A DNA stretch of 63,684 nucleotides, counting the filler, from Octopus bimaculoides (Eukaryota): NCBI RefSeq assembly GCF_001194135.2. It is 9 parts of 9 records of this genome, joined end to end, with 100 filler letters (N's around TTAATTAATTAA, not from the genome) between each part and the next. Parts side by side here need not be neighbours in the genome. Positions count along the whole stretch, not along the records: positions 62,681 to 63,684 come from NW_026431384.1; 8 more parts are not named here. The stretch is one strand, 5' to 3'. Position numbers and translations under genes: made by a program. Of this stretch, positions 62,581-63,684 are shown one piece after another. A model generated the notes under the pieces. It did no database searches and was not told the origin of the DNA. It was given only the letters and a program-made list of their open reading frames with translations. How positions within the stretch are numbered: the stretch's first letter is position 1; each line of letters opens with the position of its first letter.

Positions 62581-63684
62581 NNNNNNNNNNNNNNNNNNNN
62601 NNNNNNNNNNNNNNNNNNNNNNNNTTAATTAATTAANNNNNNNNNNNNNNNNNNNNNNNNNNNNNNNNNNNNNNNNNNNNCACACACAAACAGACACATG
62701 CACACACATTTCTATATATACACACGCATGCATACAAAAACGCATACACATATACACATCTACAAACAAATATATAGAAGTATATACATACGTAGAGAAC
62801 AAGAATTAAAGCAGACTCACTAGCCTCTAGCATACACAAAGTTATATTATGCATACACACTCACACAGTTTATGCGTGAGTAACTAATTGTATGTGTGTG
62901 TATCTGTGTGTTTGTTTACGTGTAACTTCTGTAAAATATATATTTACAAACATTCTTATATACACATGAACCCCGAAAAGTTGATAGTGGTACATTCGCT
63001 TCTCGTCCCTCACATATATAAATTCATATACACACATATATAAAAGGTGTGTTCATTGTATGATATTTGTAGCATGTATGTGTATGCTTGTGTATACACG
63101 TATATACATTCTTCTGTATGCGTGTCTGTATGTATATGTGTGTGCGTGTGTGTGTATAAGTATGTGTATGTATCTATTTACATTTGACTATATCTATGTA
63201 TATACATGCAGTATATTTATTTGTATCTATCTGAATATGAATGTTTACAAGCTCTTGTATATGTTGATACAGAATGCCACGCTTCACAGCTACTGAATGA
63301 CTCGCCCGACCAGACCATGTGATAATTTCCTTCCTTCCTCTGTCACTATCTCATCGTGGTGTGCGTACGTCACGTTCCACGATGGCCCCCGCCTTGCCAT
63401 ATTTGTTCGACGGCCGAATAGCAAACATAACTGACCATTAAGGCGATAGCATTGTCACCGGGTATGTTTATACTTCCGGGAACCTTATACATTTAGCGTG
63501 TTTATCAACACACTTGTCTACCCACATAATTCCTCAAAGTGTCTGACAAATTCTGTATTCATTACAGATGGACATACTTATCTTACATACCGACACATAC
63601 CATCTGCGCGTCCGTCACACGCACACGCACATCAATGTATGTAAGTACGTATGTATGTATGTATGTATGTATGTATGTATGTAT

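Noticed and set aside
58135-63684. Searched for the preceding PC2 exon (HGTRCAGE...)
   Set aside because: No matching sequence seen. It must lie in a gap or beyond the window.

Overview
AT-rich, repeat-dense eukaryotic scaffold with many N gaps. The SINE, MITE and LINE families and the microsatellite load point to a coleoid cephalopod, probably Octopus (pattern recognition, not a search). Main content: (1) five minus-strand exons of a prohormone convertase 2 (PC2/PCSK2) gene at 58134-44968, covering the catalytic C-terminal half and the start of the P domain. The exon carrying the catalytic Ser is missed by the ORF track. The upstream and final exons are not visible. (2) Three or four plus-strand exons (5654-10262) that splice in frame into a C-terminus resembling a TRPC channel. 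(3) A heavily decayed plus-strand LRR-TM-TIR (Toll-like receptor-like) pseudogene candidate at about 27.7-30.3 kb, spread over several frames. (4) Many mobile elements: a Penelope-like element, a hammerhead ribozyme motif in a pLTR-like repeat, four mariners (one full length with TIRs), R4/Dong-like LINEs bounded by (TAA)n, RTE fragments including a tandem array of RTE 3' ends, TTAA MITE arrays, and a fold-back element with inverted telomere-like repeats. CpG content drops sharply over the PC2 gene body. Protein calls come from manual translation and recalled family motifs and need database confirmation. Repeat boundaries are approximate.
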